A stretch of 64,000 nt of DNA. It comes from Dehalococcoidia bacterium. Its GTDB lineage: Bacteria > Chloroflexota > Dehalococcoidia > Bin125. A model generated the notes under the pieces. It did no database searches and was not told where the DNA came from. It saw only the letters and a list, made by a program, of their open reading frames with translations. Of this stretch, positions 20,095 to 30,689 are shown piece by piece. Where the stretch lies: the NCBI GenBank assembly GCA_963662615.2, contig CAXXSR010000001.1, positions 896,001 to 960,000 on the forward strand, written 5' to 3'. The translations under genes and the position numbers were made by a program. How positions within the stretch are numbered: the first letter of the stretch is position 1; every line of letters begins with the position of its first letter.

Positions 20095-20475
20095 TCAATA
20101 TGGAGATTCGAGCTCCGGGAACATTGGGAAGTGGCGGACGTTGCGAGTCCAGAGCCGGGCGTCGATGCGTTCGGCCGTCGCGGCAATCACGTAATCGACC
20201 GGATCAACCCCGGGGTGCGACGGCAGATACCGGTTGGCCAGGGCGCCAGCACGTTCGGCGAGCTCGTCATCGACTGCGATCCAGTCGAGGCTGTCCAGCA
20301 GGCGACGCGTGGCGCGCTCCTCCGGGACTCGCATCCCGGCCAGCACCTCGACCTTGGTGAGTACGGAAGCGGCGAGCCGTTCGCCAGCGGCCGTGGCGCC
20401 GCGAAGCGCCTCGCGAGCCGCCTCCTCGCCCCGCAGGTGGTCGATCAGCACCGAGGTGTCGACGATGATCGCCAT
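20095..20475 (-). CDS. vapC: VapC PIN-domain toxin
   Basis: IIVDTSVLID, EVLAG, D.VIAATA, LWTRN..HF. Confidence 0.92.
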   Translation of the reverse strand: MAIIVDTSVLIDHLRGEEAAREALRGATAAGERLAASVLTKVEVLAGMRVPEERATRRLLDSLDWIAVDDELAERAGALANRYLPSHPGVDPVDYVIAATAERIDARLWTRNVRHFPMFPELESPY

Positions 20476-20726
20476 CAGCCTGCCAGTCGGCGAGACATGC
20501 CGCGACGAAGCCCCTCCACGTAGCTCGCGCCAGCGAAGTCGCGGTCCGCCCAGGAGGCGAAACTCGCGTCGAGGGCTCCCAGCACCTCCACGGCGGGAGA
20601 TGTTCCGTAGCGGTGCTCGAGCGCCCGGCGAACGAGTTCCGCGAGGCCGAGGCCGGAGCGCCGGGACTCCTCGCGCAGCCGCGCATACTGCTCATCGGTC
20701 AGCGTGATCTGCGTGCGGTGACTCAT
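20475..20726 (-). CDS. vapB: Ribbon-helix-helix antitoxin (VapB/CopG-like)
   Basis: RTQITLTDEQY..L...S...G..LAELVRRAL; translationally coupled to vapC. Confidence 0.85.
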   Translation of the reverse strand: MSHRTQITLTDEQYARLREESRRSGLGLAELVRRALEHRYGTSPAVEVLGALDASFASWADRDFAGASYVEGLRRGMSRRLAG

Positions 20727-20784
20727 GATGTAAGTCTACATCAATCCACCGGATTGCGGGTGCAGAGCCAGTCTGTCCGCGGGA

Positions 20785-20900
20785 CGGAGCGGACGCGGAT
20801 TCTCTGTGTGGACGACGACCCGCAGACGCTGCGGTACGTCCGCGACGCGCTCTCGAAGGCGGGCTACGCGCCCATCGTGACCGCCGACCCGGCGGAGGTG
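20785..20900 (+). pseudogene. Response-regulator receiver fragment
   Basis: RILCVDDDPQTLRYVRDALSKAGY. Confidence 0.6.
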
Positions 20901-21071
20901 GTTCCGCGGTCTGGCTGGTTACCGCGTGACCGTGAAGAAGGCTGCGTAGTAGGGGCGTCCTTTCACCCTCACGGCGCCTCGATGTATCTGCGCTCGTCGC
21001 GATCGGGGGTCAACGCCGGCGAGCGTCCTCTGCCAGTTCTCCGCTCTTCCCCATCTGGGAGAAAGTTTCCT

Positions 21072-21119
21072 TGGAGCGGGAGACGGGACTCGAACCCGCG
21101 ACTCTCGGCTTGGGAAGCC
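21072..21119 (-). other. tRNA-Gly(CCC) 3'-half fragment (att site next to the integrase)
   Basis: Reverse complement GGCTTCCCAAGCCGAGAGTCGCGGGTTCGAGTCCCGTCTCCCGCTCCA; about 200 bp downstream of the integrase stop. Confidence 0.85.
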
Positions 21120-21321
21120 CGATAATACAGAGCGCTCCGCCTGTGCGCGTGGGTGCGACGATCGGTCATCGGCCCGATTCCCGCGGACGGACCGGTGCGC
21201 GGCGGACCGCCGCAGGCAGGGCCCCCGCGCGTTCGGCCCGTCGCCCCCGGAGAACGCACTGCAGGGCCCGTGCCGGGAAGACCCTGCTCGGGGTGTCGGG
21301 GGTGCAGGCGCAGCGGTCCAC

Positions 21322-22257
21322 TCAGCCCGGACCGACGAGCATCCCGTCGCCCGGCGAGAAGGCGGCGTGGCGCTCAGTGGCCTGGGCGCTGCCGTAGGTG
21401 GCGGAATAGCGGCGCACCATCTCCGGCGAACTGTGGCCGAGCAGATGCTGGACGTCGAGCTCGCGCGCGTCGTGGGCGATGGCCCAGGTGGCGAACGTGT
21501 GCCGGAAGCGATGAGCGTGCACCTTGGGGATGCCGGCGGCCCGGCCGAGCCGGCGCAGCAGTTGCTTCAGCCCGTTCGGCCGGAGACGGACGCCGGCGTT
21601 GAGGCGCCCGTGGCGCGCGGCGACGAAGAGCGGACCCGGCGCCGTCCCCCGGTCCGCGCAATAGGCGGCGAGGGCGTCGGCGCAGCGTCCGGCGAAGGGC
21701 ACGATGCGGTCCTTGCCGCCCTTGCCCTGCCGCACGAGCAGCCGGCGCTCCGGCAGGGCGCAGTCCGCGAGGTCCAGTCCGACCGCTTCGGCGCAGCGGA
21801 CGCCGGTGTCCAGCAGCGTCAGGAGGATCGCGCGATCGCGGCGGCCCATGGGCGTCGCCGCATCGCAGCAGGCGAGCAGGCGGGCGATCTCGGCGGGCGC
21901 CAGCGGCGGCACGATCTTGCGAGGCAGGCGGACGTTGCGGAGGCCGCGGAAGGGGTCGTTGGCGGTATAGCCGGCGGCGCGCAGCCAGGTGCAGAAGCAG
22001 CGCACCTCGCGGAAGTAGCGGTGGCGGGTGTCGGGGCTGCGGGCGGCGAAGCGGGCGAGGTAGGTGACGACGTGGTCGGGGCGGAGGCGGTCCGGATCCA
22101 GAGGCGCCCCATCCTCGACGAGGCAGCGGGAGAAGCGGGTCAGCGTCTCCCGATAGGCCTGGACGGTGCGGGGCGACTTGCCCTCGACCACGCAGCGGGC
22201 GAGGTAGGTGGCGATGAGGGCGGGCAGCAGGGGGTTGGGGGCGGGTGCCGGGTCCAT
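21322..22257 (-). CDS. Tyrosine recombinase/integrase (XerC/D-like)
   Basis: RDRAIL..LLDTGVR, GKGGKDR, HAHRFRHTFA, LLGH, MVRRY. Confidence 0.92.
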   Translation of the reverse strand: MDPAPAPNPLLPALIATYLARCVVEGKSPRTVQAYRETLTRFSRCLVEDGAPLDPDRLRPDHVVTYLARFAARSPDTRHRYFREVRCFCTWLRAAGYTANDPFRGLRNVRLPRKIVPPLAPAEIARLLACCDAATPMGRRDRAILLTLLDTGVRCAEAVGLDLADCALPERRLLVRQGKGGKDRIVPFAGRCADALAAYCADRGTAPGPLFVAARHGRLNAGVRLRPNGLKQLLRRLGRAAGIPKVHAHRFRHTFATWAIAHDARELDVQHLLGHSSPEMVRRYSATYGSAQATERHAAFSPGDGMLVGPG

Positions 22258-22862
22258 GGCCCGTCCATGGACGCTCTGCTTGCCCGGGAAGTCAAGGCAG
22301 CCCCGCCCCGGACGGCGGGGCTGCTGGGAGCCGCAGGCGGATGGCGGCAGCGGCGACCCGGCAGCAAAGCGGCGGTCCGTCGCGCATGCCGTCATGCTGC
22401 CATCTTGGCGCGACAGCGGCGCCGACGAGCGCGCGAGCTCTGGCTGGGCTACCAGTGGGGCGCCAACGAGCTGGCCCTGGTGCTGGATCTGGTAGGGAGA
22501 ACCACGGGTGCGCGGCGACTTTCTCGGACGACTTCGAATCTCACCAGTCGTCGATCCTGCTTCTGGATTACGCTATCCATCGTTGTCGGCGCTTCCCTCC
22601 ATTACCCGTTCACCATGCGGATGTAGTCATCCACGAGTGAGAGAATCCGAGTACTAACCGACGGGACGGGATCGAGCCCCGATTTGAGTGCGCGCCGAGA
22701 CTGGCGCAGGGCTGGCGTCGCCTCTCGCCCCCGGTGCAGATGAGCAAGCAGCACTGAGACCAGAAGCGTCTCTTGCTGTCTGGGAAGCGCCCGTGTTGCC
22801 AGCGCAGCGACCACGCCCGCTACGACCACCACCGCTGAGTCCTCAGAGCACTCTGGCCCCTC

Positions 22863-23815
22863 GGTTCTGTCAGATCGCAGGGCGCCGGCACGAACCGAGC
22901 GAGGCGTTCCCCCCGCGGCGCCCACTCTGCGGCCTGCCTCTCCGCGATCAATGACCGCCAGCGCGCTGCGACGAGCCGTCGCGGCTCGGCCAGCGGGACC
23001 TGCGCACCCCATCGTTGACGGACGCGGCCGTCCGGTCGGCGCTCAGCGAACGCGGAACAGCACCGCACAGCAGACGCGAAGCTCCCGCAGCCGAGCAGCG
23101 GGCGAGAGCGCTGCGTGACGGCCCGCTGGTCCGGCTCGATGCGGGTGGTCACGGAGTGATGGCATCGGTGTCGCCCCTTGCTCCCCAGGATCCAGCGGAT
23201 CGCCCGCCGGTCGGGCGGATGGGCCTCCGTCGTGACGCGTAGCGGCTTACGCTCAGCCACCTCGACGAGTCGTCTCAGGAATCTCCGGGCGGCGTGCCTA
23301 TCGCGGTGCTCGCTGAGCATGGAGTCGAGGAGGTCGCCATCGCGGTCGATGGCGCGGTAGAGAGAGCACCAGCGGCCCGCGACCTTCACGGAGGTCTCAT
23401 CGATGTACCAGGAGACGCCGGCGCAGCCTCGGCGCTTGGTCCGGAGCCGGTCCGCCAAGAGCGGCGCGAGGCGGAACTCCCAAATCCGGATCGTCTCGTC
23501 GGTGACCTCGTAGCCCCGCTCGAGGAGCAGCGCGGCGACGTCGCGGAAGCTGAGCGTGTAACGGAGACGCCAGAGTACGGCGAGCAGGACGATATCCGTC
23601 GGGTACTGGAGATCGTTGAACGGGGTGCCGGTCCGCTCGTTGAAGGTCCTCCGGCAGGCGCGGCACGCGGAGGTGCGGTAGCCGAGTGCGGTGCGCCGCC
23701 GCCGGCGGCTGGTCTCTCCGGAGCCCCAGTGGGGACAGTCCACAAGCCGTCCTCTCCAGGTCGCTGGTGAGCGCGACGCTAACAGAGGACCCGTAGTCTG
23801 AGATCTGACGGAACC
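22863..23815 (-). mobile_element. IS6-family element, degenerate
   Basis: TIRs GGTTCTGTCAGAT (22863) and ATCTGACGGAACC (ends 23815); transposase ORF 22820-23743 with WYIDET, YRAIDRDG. Confidence 0.88.
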
Positions 23816-23818
23816 GCG

Positions 23819-23940
23819 CCGGCGACCTGGTGCGGCGCACGGGGGTGCCGCCGCGGGCGGGGCGCCTCTCCGCCGGCGACGTGGTGGAGATCGAAGCGGA
23901 GGGCATTGGCGTCCTGCGCAACCCGGTCGTGGGGGCCTGA
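23819..23940 (+). pseudogene. Fumarylacetoacetate-hydrolase-family C-terminal fragment
   Basis: GDLV..TG...[18 protein letters not shown]. Confidence 0.65.
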
Positions 23941-24015
23941 TCGCGGGCTGCTCGTCGCCGGGGCGTTCGGTCCCCCTGCGCCGGTTGAGGCGTCCGGCCG
24001 AGGCGCCCCCGACGC

Positions 24016-26217
24016 TCAGGCGCGCGTGCGCCGCACGACGGCCACGCCGGCCAGCGCCACGCTGACCGCGAGGGCCACCGCCAGCGCCAGGAGACCGTGC
24101 CCGCCAGCGAGTCCGCCGCTGCCGGCGCTGCCGCCGCTGCCGGTATTCGGGAGGACTTCGGGGCCGCGGGCGGCAGCATCGCCATCGTCACCGGCGGCAG
24201 CATCGCCATCGCCGCCGCCGGCATCCAGCGCGGCGAGGTCCAGGGCGACTTCGGTGCGGGCGGCGATGACGACGTCGTAGGGCCTGCTGCGGACGGACCC
24301 CGTGATGCTGAAGGTCACGCTGGCGGCGTCCGCCCGGTAGACATAGATGACCCAGTCGCCCGCGGCGACCGCCGTTCTCCCAACCGCTTTCCCATCCTCG
24401 TTCCGGGCGGTGATGACCGTGCCGTCGGGGACGAGCTCGCCGTCGATGGCGGCGCCGGATCCGGCGGCGGCGGACCCGTAGAATTGATGCGGCGGGGCGA
24501 TGGGTACCACGCCGGTGCGCCGCATGATCACGACGCTGCCCGGGGTCAGCGAGGACGCGTCGAGCGTGTTCAGGAACTCCGGCTGGCCGACGCCGTGGCC
24601 GAGGAAGTTCTGCGCGGCGGCATCGAACACCCACACGCTCACGACCGGGAACCGCTGCGCGGCGATCAGCGCCGCCAAGTCGGATGTGCACGCAAGGCCA
24701 TAGGTCCATCCGCCCGGCGGCGGGACCGGCAGCACGGTTGGCGCGTCCCGCTTCGGCTCAACCGCAGCGACCGGCGCCGCCTCGTCCGGCACGCCCCTCG
24801 GCGCGTCGCTCCGCTGCATGATGACGACGCGGCCGGGACTGAGCGAGGAGTCGTCGAGGGTGTTCACGAACTCGGGCGCGCCGACAACGTGGCCTAGGAA
24901 CTCCTGCGTCGGGACGTCGAACACCCACACGCTGGCGACCGGGAACCGCTGCGCGGCGATCAGCGCCGCCAGGTCGGACGTGTCCGAGACGCCGTAGCTC
25001 CATCCGCCCGGCGGGGGAACGGGCAGGACGCTCGACCAGCAGCTGTCGGTGCCTGCCCGCTCGCCTTCGTCCTCCTGGGGAGGGGTCCCGTCGTCGGAGT
25101 CCGGCGGGGGATCGCCGTCGTTGGAGTCCGGCGGCGTGTTTCCCGAGTTGTCCGACTGGGTGTTCCCCGGAGGAGGCGGAGGCGGAGGCGTGTTTCCCGA
25201 GTTGTCCGACTGGGTGTTCCCCGGAGGAGGCGGAGGCGGAGGCGTGTTTCCCGAGTTGTCCGACTGGGTGTTCCCCGGAGGAGGCGGAGGCGGAGGCGTG
25301 TTTCCCGAGTTGTCCGACTGGGTGTTCCCCGGAGGAGGCGGAGGCGGCGGCGTGTTTCCCGAGTTGTCCGACTGGGTGTTCCCCGGAGGAGGCGGAGGCG
25401 GAGGCAGGCTCCCGCCGCAGCTGGCCCGAGTCACGAGCAGGACCGCGTCATTGAAGTCCTCGTCCCCGCCCCCGGAGTAGTCCTCAAAGGAGACGATCGA
25501 GCCCGAGATCCGCGCGTGTATGAGGCCGTCGGGGTTGCGCGATGCGGGCCCCGTCCTGAACACGTCCCCGGTCTCCTGCACGCGGATCCCGAGCACGAGC
25601 TCCCCCGCCGAAAGGCCCCTGAGTACCATCGTCGAGCCGACTTGGCGGTTCGTGATCATGAGATTTATCGCCATGCTCATGTCGCTCATGTCGAAGCGCA
25701 AGAACATGCTCGTGTACGCGGCCTCAAAGGCCAGCACGGTGACGGTGACATCGGTACAGGCGCCCGTCAGCGTGAGGGTGGAACCCGTCGCCGGGTCGCT
25801 GGCGCCCGTCACGATCGGTTCCTGTACGAGCGCGACCTCGCGGGCCCGCCCCGGCCCGCAGCCGGCGTCGTTGCACGCCTGCAGCCGCACCCGCCACAGA
25901 CCATGGTCGGGCACGGCGAGAGTGGCCTCGGTGTCCGTGGCGATCACCGCATCGCCCGGCTGGAAGGCTCCGCCGGGGCGCCGCCAGCTCAGGGAGTAGG
26001 ACGTCGCTCCGGGAACGTCATCCCAGGACACCCCCACCTCCAGCGCGCCGGGCTGGACGCCGATCCCCAATCCGGTGGGCTCGGCCGGGACCCCATCGTC
26101 TGCGCGCCCGTCGCGGCCGGCAGCGGCGGATCCGGGCAGCGCAAGCACGATACTCAGCAGGGCCAGGACACCCACCAGGAACCAGCTGCGAAAAGCTGGT
26201 GTGTCGAAACGAATCAC
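24016..26217 (-). CDS. Large surface protein: signal peptide, Fn3 domain, DUF4114-like segment, Pro-rich repeats, duplicated domain, LPNTG sorting signal
   Basis: VSWDDVPGATSYSLSWR...ACNDAGCG (Fn3); FED..GGGDEDFNDAV; LPNTG + hydrophobic helix + RRTRA. Confidence 0.8.
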   Translation of the reverse strand: MIRFDTPAFRSWFLVGVLALLSIVLALPGSAAAGRDGRADDGVPAEPTGLGIGVQPGALEVGVSWDDVPGATSYSLSWRRPGGAFQPGDAVIATDTEATLAVPDHGLWRVRLQACNDAGCGPGRAREVALVQEPIVTGASDPATGSTLTLTGACTDVTVTVLAFEAAYTSMFLRFDMSDMSMAINLMITNRQVGSTMVLRGLSAGELVLGIRVQETGDVFRTGPASRNPDGLIHARISGSIVSFEDYSGGGDEDFNDAVLLVTRASCGGSLPPPPPPPGNTQSDNSGNTPPPPPPPGNTQSDNSGNTPPPPPPPGNTQSDNSGNTPPPPPPPGNTQSDNSGNTPPPPPPPGNTQSDNSGNTPPDSNDGDPPPDSDDGTPPQEDEGERAGTDSCWSSVLPVPPPGGWSYGVSDTSDLAALIAAQRFPVASVWVFDVPTQEFLGHVVGAPEFVNTLDDSSLSPGRVVIMQRSDAPRGVPDEAAPVAAVEPKRDAPTVLPVPPPGGWTYGLACTSDLAALIAAQRFPVVSVWVFDAAAQNFLGHGVGQPEFLNTLDASSLTPGSVVIMRRTGVVPIAPPHQFYGSAAAGSGAAIDGELVPDGTVITARNEDGKAVGRTAVAAGDWVIYVYRADAASVTFSITGSVRSRPYDVVIAARTEVALDLAALDAGGGDGDAAAGDDGDAAARGPEVLPNTGSGGSAGSGGLAGGHGLLALAVALAVSVALAGVAVVRRTRA
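25133..25402. repeat. 5 x 54-bp coding tandem repeat (PPPPPPPGNTQSDNSGNT)
   Basis: Unit GGCGTGTTTCCCGAGTTGTCCGACTGGGTGTTCCCCGGAGGAGGCGGAGGCGGA, near-perfect. Confidence 0.95.
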
Positions 26218-26371
26218 AAGGGGACTCCCAGTGTGGCGTGGCCACCGACCTGGGCCGCGCCGCGTCCCTCCTTACTCGATAGGGAGGCGAGAGTCGCGTC
26301 ACCGGCGAAACGCGCGGCGCGCCACTCTATGCGGAACGTCCCTCCGGAGTCAACCGAGCCGCTCCCCCGAT

Positions 26372-27621
26372 TGACCTGCCCCCCCAGAACCGGTCCAGAT
26401 CCTGTGCGAGGATTCGGGGCGGTGCGAAGGGAGTCGGCATGGCACGCAAGCGGTACGCGGCCGAGGAGATCATCGGCAAACTGCGGGAGGCGGAGGGGGT
26501 GCTCGCGCAGGGGGAAGCGGTCGCGCAGGTCGCGCGCCGCCTCGGCGTGGCCGAGCCAACGTATTACCGCTGGCGGCGGGAGTACGGGGGGCTGCGGGTC
26601 GACCAGGCCAAGCGGCTGAAAGAACTGGAGCGCGAGAACAGTCGGCTGAAGCGGTTGGTGGCCGATCAGGCGCTGGACAACGCGATGTTGCGGGACGTCG
26701 CAGCGGGAAACTTCTGAGCCCGGCCCAGCGGCGCCGGGCGACATCCTACCGCACGGACCAGGACGCGGTGTCGGAGCGGCGGGCCGGCCAGGTCACCGGC
26801 CAGGCGCGGGCGACACAGCGCTACGTGCCCCGGCCGTCCCCGGATGCGCCGGCGCTGATCGCGCGGATCATCGCCCTTGCCCGCCGCTTCGGGCGCTACG
26901 GCTCCCGGCGCATCACGGCGCTGCTGCGGGCCGAGGGCTGGCGGGTGAACCACAAGCGGGTGGAGCGGCTCTGGCGGCAGGAAGGGCTGCGGGTGCCCCG
27001 GAAAGCCCCGCGCCGGCGGCGGCTTTGGGCGGCCGATGGATCCTGCACGCGGCGCCGGGCGGAGCGCCCGAACCACGTCTGGTCCTACGACTTCGTCAGC
27101 GAGCGGACCCACGACGGCCGGCCCCTGCGCCTGCTGACCATCGTCGACGAGTACACGCGGGAGTGCCTCAGCATTGACGTGGCCCGGCGCCTGCGGTCCG
27201 ACGACGTCCTCGCCCGGCTGACGGCGCTCTTCGTGCAGCGGGGCCCGCCCACCTACGTCCGCTCCGACAACGGCCCCGAGTTCACGGCGACGGCGGTGCG
27301 TTCCTGGCTGCGTCGCCTCGGCGTGACGACACTCTTCATCGAGCCCGGCAGCCCCTGGGAGAACGGCTATGTGGAATCCTTCAACGGCAAGCTGCGCGAC
27401 GAGTGCCTCAACCCCGAGATCTTCACCACGCTCACGGAAGCGCAGATCCTGGTCGATCGCTGGCGCCGGGAGTACAACCAAGTCCGGCCTCACAGCGCCC
27501 TCGGCTACCGCCCCCCCGCCCCAGAGACCCTGGAGGTCGGACCTCCCCACCCCACCCCTTTGGCAGACCGGATGGTTCTGGCACTAACTTAAGCCCTGGT
27601 ACAACAATCGGGGGCAGGTCA
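26372..27621 (+). mobile_element. IS3-family element, full length (orfA 26439-26717; orfB to 27592 via -1 frameshift at GGGAAAC)
   Basis: TIRs TGACCTGCCCCC / GGGGGCAGGTCA; DDE motifs WSYDF, SDNGPEF, ESFNGKLRDEC. Confidence 0.95.
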
Positions 27622-28311
27622 CCCGGATGAGCCGGCGCTGATCGCGCGCATCGTCGCCCTCGCCACGCGCTTCGGCCGCTCCGGCTCCCGCCACATCACG
27701 GCCCTGCTGCGCGCGGAGGGCTGAGGACCGACCGGCTCGCTGGTCCGGCGGCGGGCCGAGCGCCCCCACCACGTCTGGTCCTACGACGTCGTCTTCGACC
27801 GCACCGCCGCTGGGCGCCCGGTGCGGATCCTCGCCCTCGTGGATGAGTACACGCGCGCGTGCCTGAGTCTCGACGTGGCCCGCCGGCTGCGTAGCGACGC
27901 TGTCCTGGCGCGGCTGGCCCAGCTCTTCGTCGAGCGTGGGCCGCCGGCGTACCTGCGGTCCGACAACGGCCCGGAGTTCACGGCCACGGCGGTGCGCGAC
28001 TGGCGGACGCGGGTCGGCGTGACCACCCGCTTCATCGAGCCCGGCAGTCCCTGGGAGAACGGCTCTGTGGAATCTTTCCACGGCACGCTGCGCGACGAGT
28101 GCCGCACCCCCGAGATCTTCACGACCCGCACCGAAGCCCAGGTCCTCATCGCCCGCTGGCGGCGCGAGTACCACCCAATCCGGCCCCACCGTGCGCTCGG
28201 CTCCCGGCCACCCGCCCCGGAAACGCAGGCGATCCGATCTCCCCCCTCCGGGCAGCCTCGGAGCGTCCCAACCCTCACTTAACCACTGGTACAACGATCG
28301 GGGGCAGGTCA
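27622..28311 (+). mobile_element. Degenerate IS3 right half in tandem with the preceding IS
   Basis: OrfB remnant with an internal deletion; right TIR ends 28311. Confidence 0.9.
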
Positions 28312-28400
28312 GTCTGGTAGCCCAGGTTGGAGCCTTCCATCGCCGTGCCGGTCTTGACGAAGAAGTACCGGCGGCAGACGCGGCAGTGTCCGTCCGCTCT
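28312..28400 (-). pseudogene. IS1595-family transposase N-terminal fragment
   Basis: CRVCRRYFFVKTGTAMEGSNLGYQT, cut by the IS3 end. Confidence 0.65.
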
Positions 28401-28725
28401 CGCCCGTCGACCGGGGCGCGCCAGTGTCGCCGCCTGGGCGAACGAAAACGCGCGCAAGATAGCACGGGCGCCCGCCGCGAAGGGCGACCGTGTCCGACCG
28501 CAGTGGCCTGCGGCCGCGCTCCTCACCAGTAAGACGATGCCGGCTTTGGACATGGCGTAGACGGAGTGTTGACAACGCAGAGCCAGAAAGCGACCGGCCG
28601 ATCGAGATCAGTGCTTACCTCAGCATGATCGAGTCGCTACCGGACACGAGCATTCGGATCGGCGCAGTCGGAACCCGCCACGGCAGTCGGAGGGTTCAGG
28701 AGGGCGTCGACGTGGTGCTCGCGGT

Positions 28726-28995
28726 TGATACGACGTGGATGGCGAGTTGGTCCGAGAAGAACTCGGAAAACCCGCCGATCATCGTGAGCATCAGCTTCCC
28801 AGCCGGGGTTGAGAAGTCGCTGTTCTCCGTGAGGCTGACGAAGCCAACACCCTCCCCGCCGAGCCGCTGGAGTGCTTCCGTCTGCACGCGGATGTTCTGC
28901 GCCCAGCGATCGATCGTGTGAACCACGACCGCATCGAACGCCCCTCGGCTTGCGTCGGACAGGAGCGCAGAGAGTTGCGGGCGCCTCTCGATTCG
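28726..28995 (-). pseudogene. Serine recombinase fragment homologous to the gene at 44251
   Basis: VHTIDRWAQNIRVQTEALQRLG...FVSLTENSDFSTPAGKLMLTMIGGFSEFFSDQLA is nearly identical to the full gene. Confidence 0.88.
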
Positions 28996-29423
28996 GTCGG
29001 TGCGGGAGCGGCCAGGGCTGGCTCCCCCCGGCTCTTCTACCTCATCGCAAACAGTGTCTTCTCCAGACTCTCGGACATGGCCGCCGGTCTGCTCCCTACG
29101 AGAAGCAGCTGCTCCGCTCGTCCATGGACTGAGAGCCTGACTCCTCTGGGTTCTCCCAGCGGGAGCCTACCACAGTATCCCAACACAGCAGGGTCCCTCT
29201 ATTGGACCGTTGTGCCTCTCCTCAGTATTCTCTTACTGGGAAGTCTGGCGCTAAGCATTACCAAGTTCCTGAAACGAGCGAGCGAACATTCCGGGCCTCA
29301 ATGGGGCGCGGTTGCTCGGGTTCGAAGCACCTGCGGACAAGCTCTAGCCGAGCGTTGGATTCGACCTCGAATCGAGGGCACTAGGCTGATACAGTTTGAA
29401 GTAGCCGAAGCATCCCGGATAGT

Positions 29424-30566
29424 GTGTTGGTGCGACACGCGCGGGAGGCTAAGGAGGACTCGATGCTTGATCTATCGGAGCGCAGCCGCTGCGTGCTGTT
29501 CGCGCTGGTCGTAGCGCTGGCGACATTCGCCGTCGCGGCCTGCAGCAGCGACGGGGGCGCCGGCGCCGGGGAGCGTGGCGACACCCTAGCGGCGGTGATC
29601 GACCGCGGAGAGCTGAAGTGCGGCGTCAAGCAGACGCAGCCGCTGTTCGGGTTCAGGGAAGCCGACGGCGCCGTCGCCGGCTTCGACGTTGAGTTCTGTA
29701 AAGCCATCGCAGCAGCCGCGCTCGGCGACGCAGACGCCCTGGAGTTGGTCGACGCGTCGGATGCCTCCACCCGCTTTGAGCTGCTCGCGGACGGCGAGAT
29801 CGACGTGCTGATCCGCACGACGACGATTACCGCCTCGCGCGACCGCGAGCTCAACGTGGACTTCGCGCAGACCACCTTCTACACGGGCCAGGGCTTCGCG
29901 GCGCACGCGGGCTCCGGGATCGCCTCGACCGCCGACATGGGCGGCGCGACGATCTGCGTGCAGTCGGGGACCACCACCGAGCAGAACCTGGCGGACCACT
30001 TCACCGATCTCGGCCTGAGCTACACGCCGATCGGCGGGGGCGACCAGGAGACGCAGGACGCCTTCATTGCGGGCCGCTGCGACGTTTGGACAGCGGACCA
30101 GAGCAACCTCGCGTCGCGGCTCGGTGTGCTGTCGAACGCCAGCGACTTCCTCATCCTGGGGGAGCTGATCTCCAAGGAGCCGCTGGCGCCGGGCGTTCGC
30201 GACTACGACAGCGAGTGGAAAGACGTCGTCAATTGGGTCGTGCACGGCCTGATCGCGGCGGAAGAGCTGGGGATCACCCAGGGCAACGTGGCCGGGCTGG
30301 CGGCGGACCCGCCGAACACGACGGTTGCGCGGCTGCTCGGTGTTCCCTTTGGGGGCGGCAGCGTGAGCACGCTGGGCTTCGATGGGGTAGACGCGCAGTT
30401 CATCCAACGCGCGATTGCCGCGGTCGGGAACTACGGTGAGATCTACGCCACCACGGTGGGCGACGCCATCCCGCGGGCTTGTTCGCTCAACGCCCTCGCG
30501 AGCGAGGACAAGCGCAACTGCCCGCCCGGCACCGGTGGTATTCAGTACGCGCTGCCGTATCGCTAG
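29424..30566 (+). CDS. aapJ: General L-amino acid ABC transporter substrate-binding protein
   Basis: GFDVEFCKAIAAA, RTTTIT.SRD, CVQSGTTTEQNL, ISKEPLAP, VGNYGEIY. Start may be ATG 29463. Confidence 0.88.
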   Translation: MLVRHAREAKEDSMLDLSERSRCVLFALVVALATFAVAACSSDGGAGAGERGDTLAAVIDRGELKCGVKQTQPLFGFREADGAVAGFDVEFCKAIAAAALGDADALELVDASDASTRFELLADGEIDVLIRTTTITASRDRELNVDFAQTTFYTGQGFAAHAGSGIASTADMGGATICVQSGTTTEQNLADHFTDLGLSYTPIGGGDQETQDAFIAGRCDVWTADQSNLASRLGVLSNASDFLILGELISKEPLAPGVRDYDSEWKDVVNWVVHGLIAAEELGITQGNVAGLAADPPNTTVARLLGVPFGGGSVSTLGFDGVDAQFIQRAIAAVGNYGEIYATTVGDAIPRACSLNALASEDKRNCPPGTGGIQYALPYR

Positions 30567-30689
30567 GCCCACTGGGGTCTGAAACGCCTGCAGGGGGGGC
30601 TCGTCCACAATGGGGCGGGCCCTTCTCGCGTCTCCACCACTAGTCGCGCCGCGGGTCTAACCCCGCACCCACGCGGTAAGCTGTCAAAC

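Noticed and set aside
2308-23815. IS6-bounded composite transposon
   Set aside because: The two IS6 elements are clearly diverged and degenerate, and no shared target duplication was seen.
25133-25402. GTGTTCCCCG repeats resembling a type I-E CRISPR repeat
   Set aside because: The units are identical 54-mers with no unique spacers, in frame within a CDS, and no cas genes are present.
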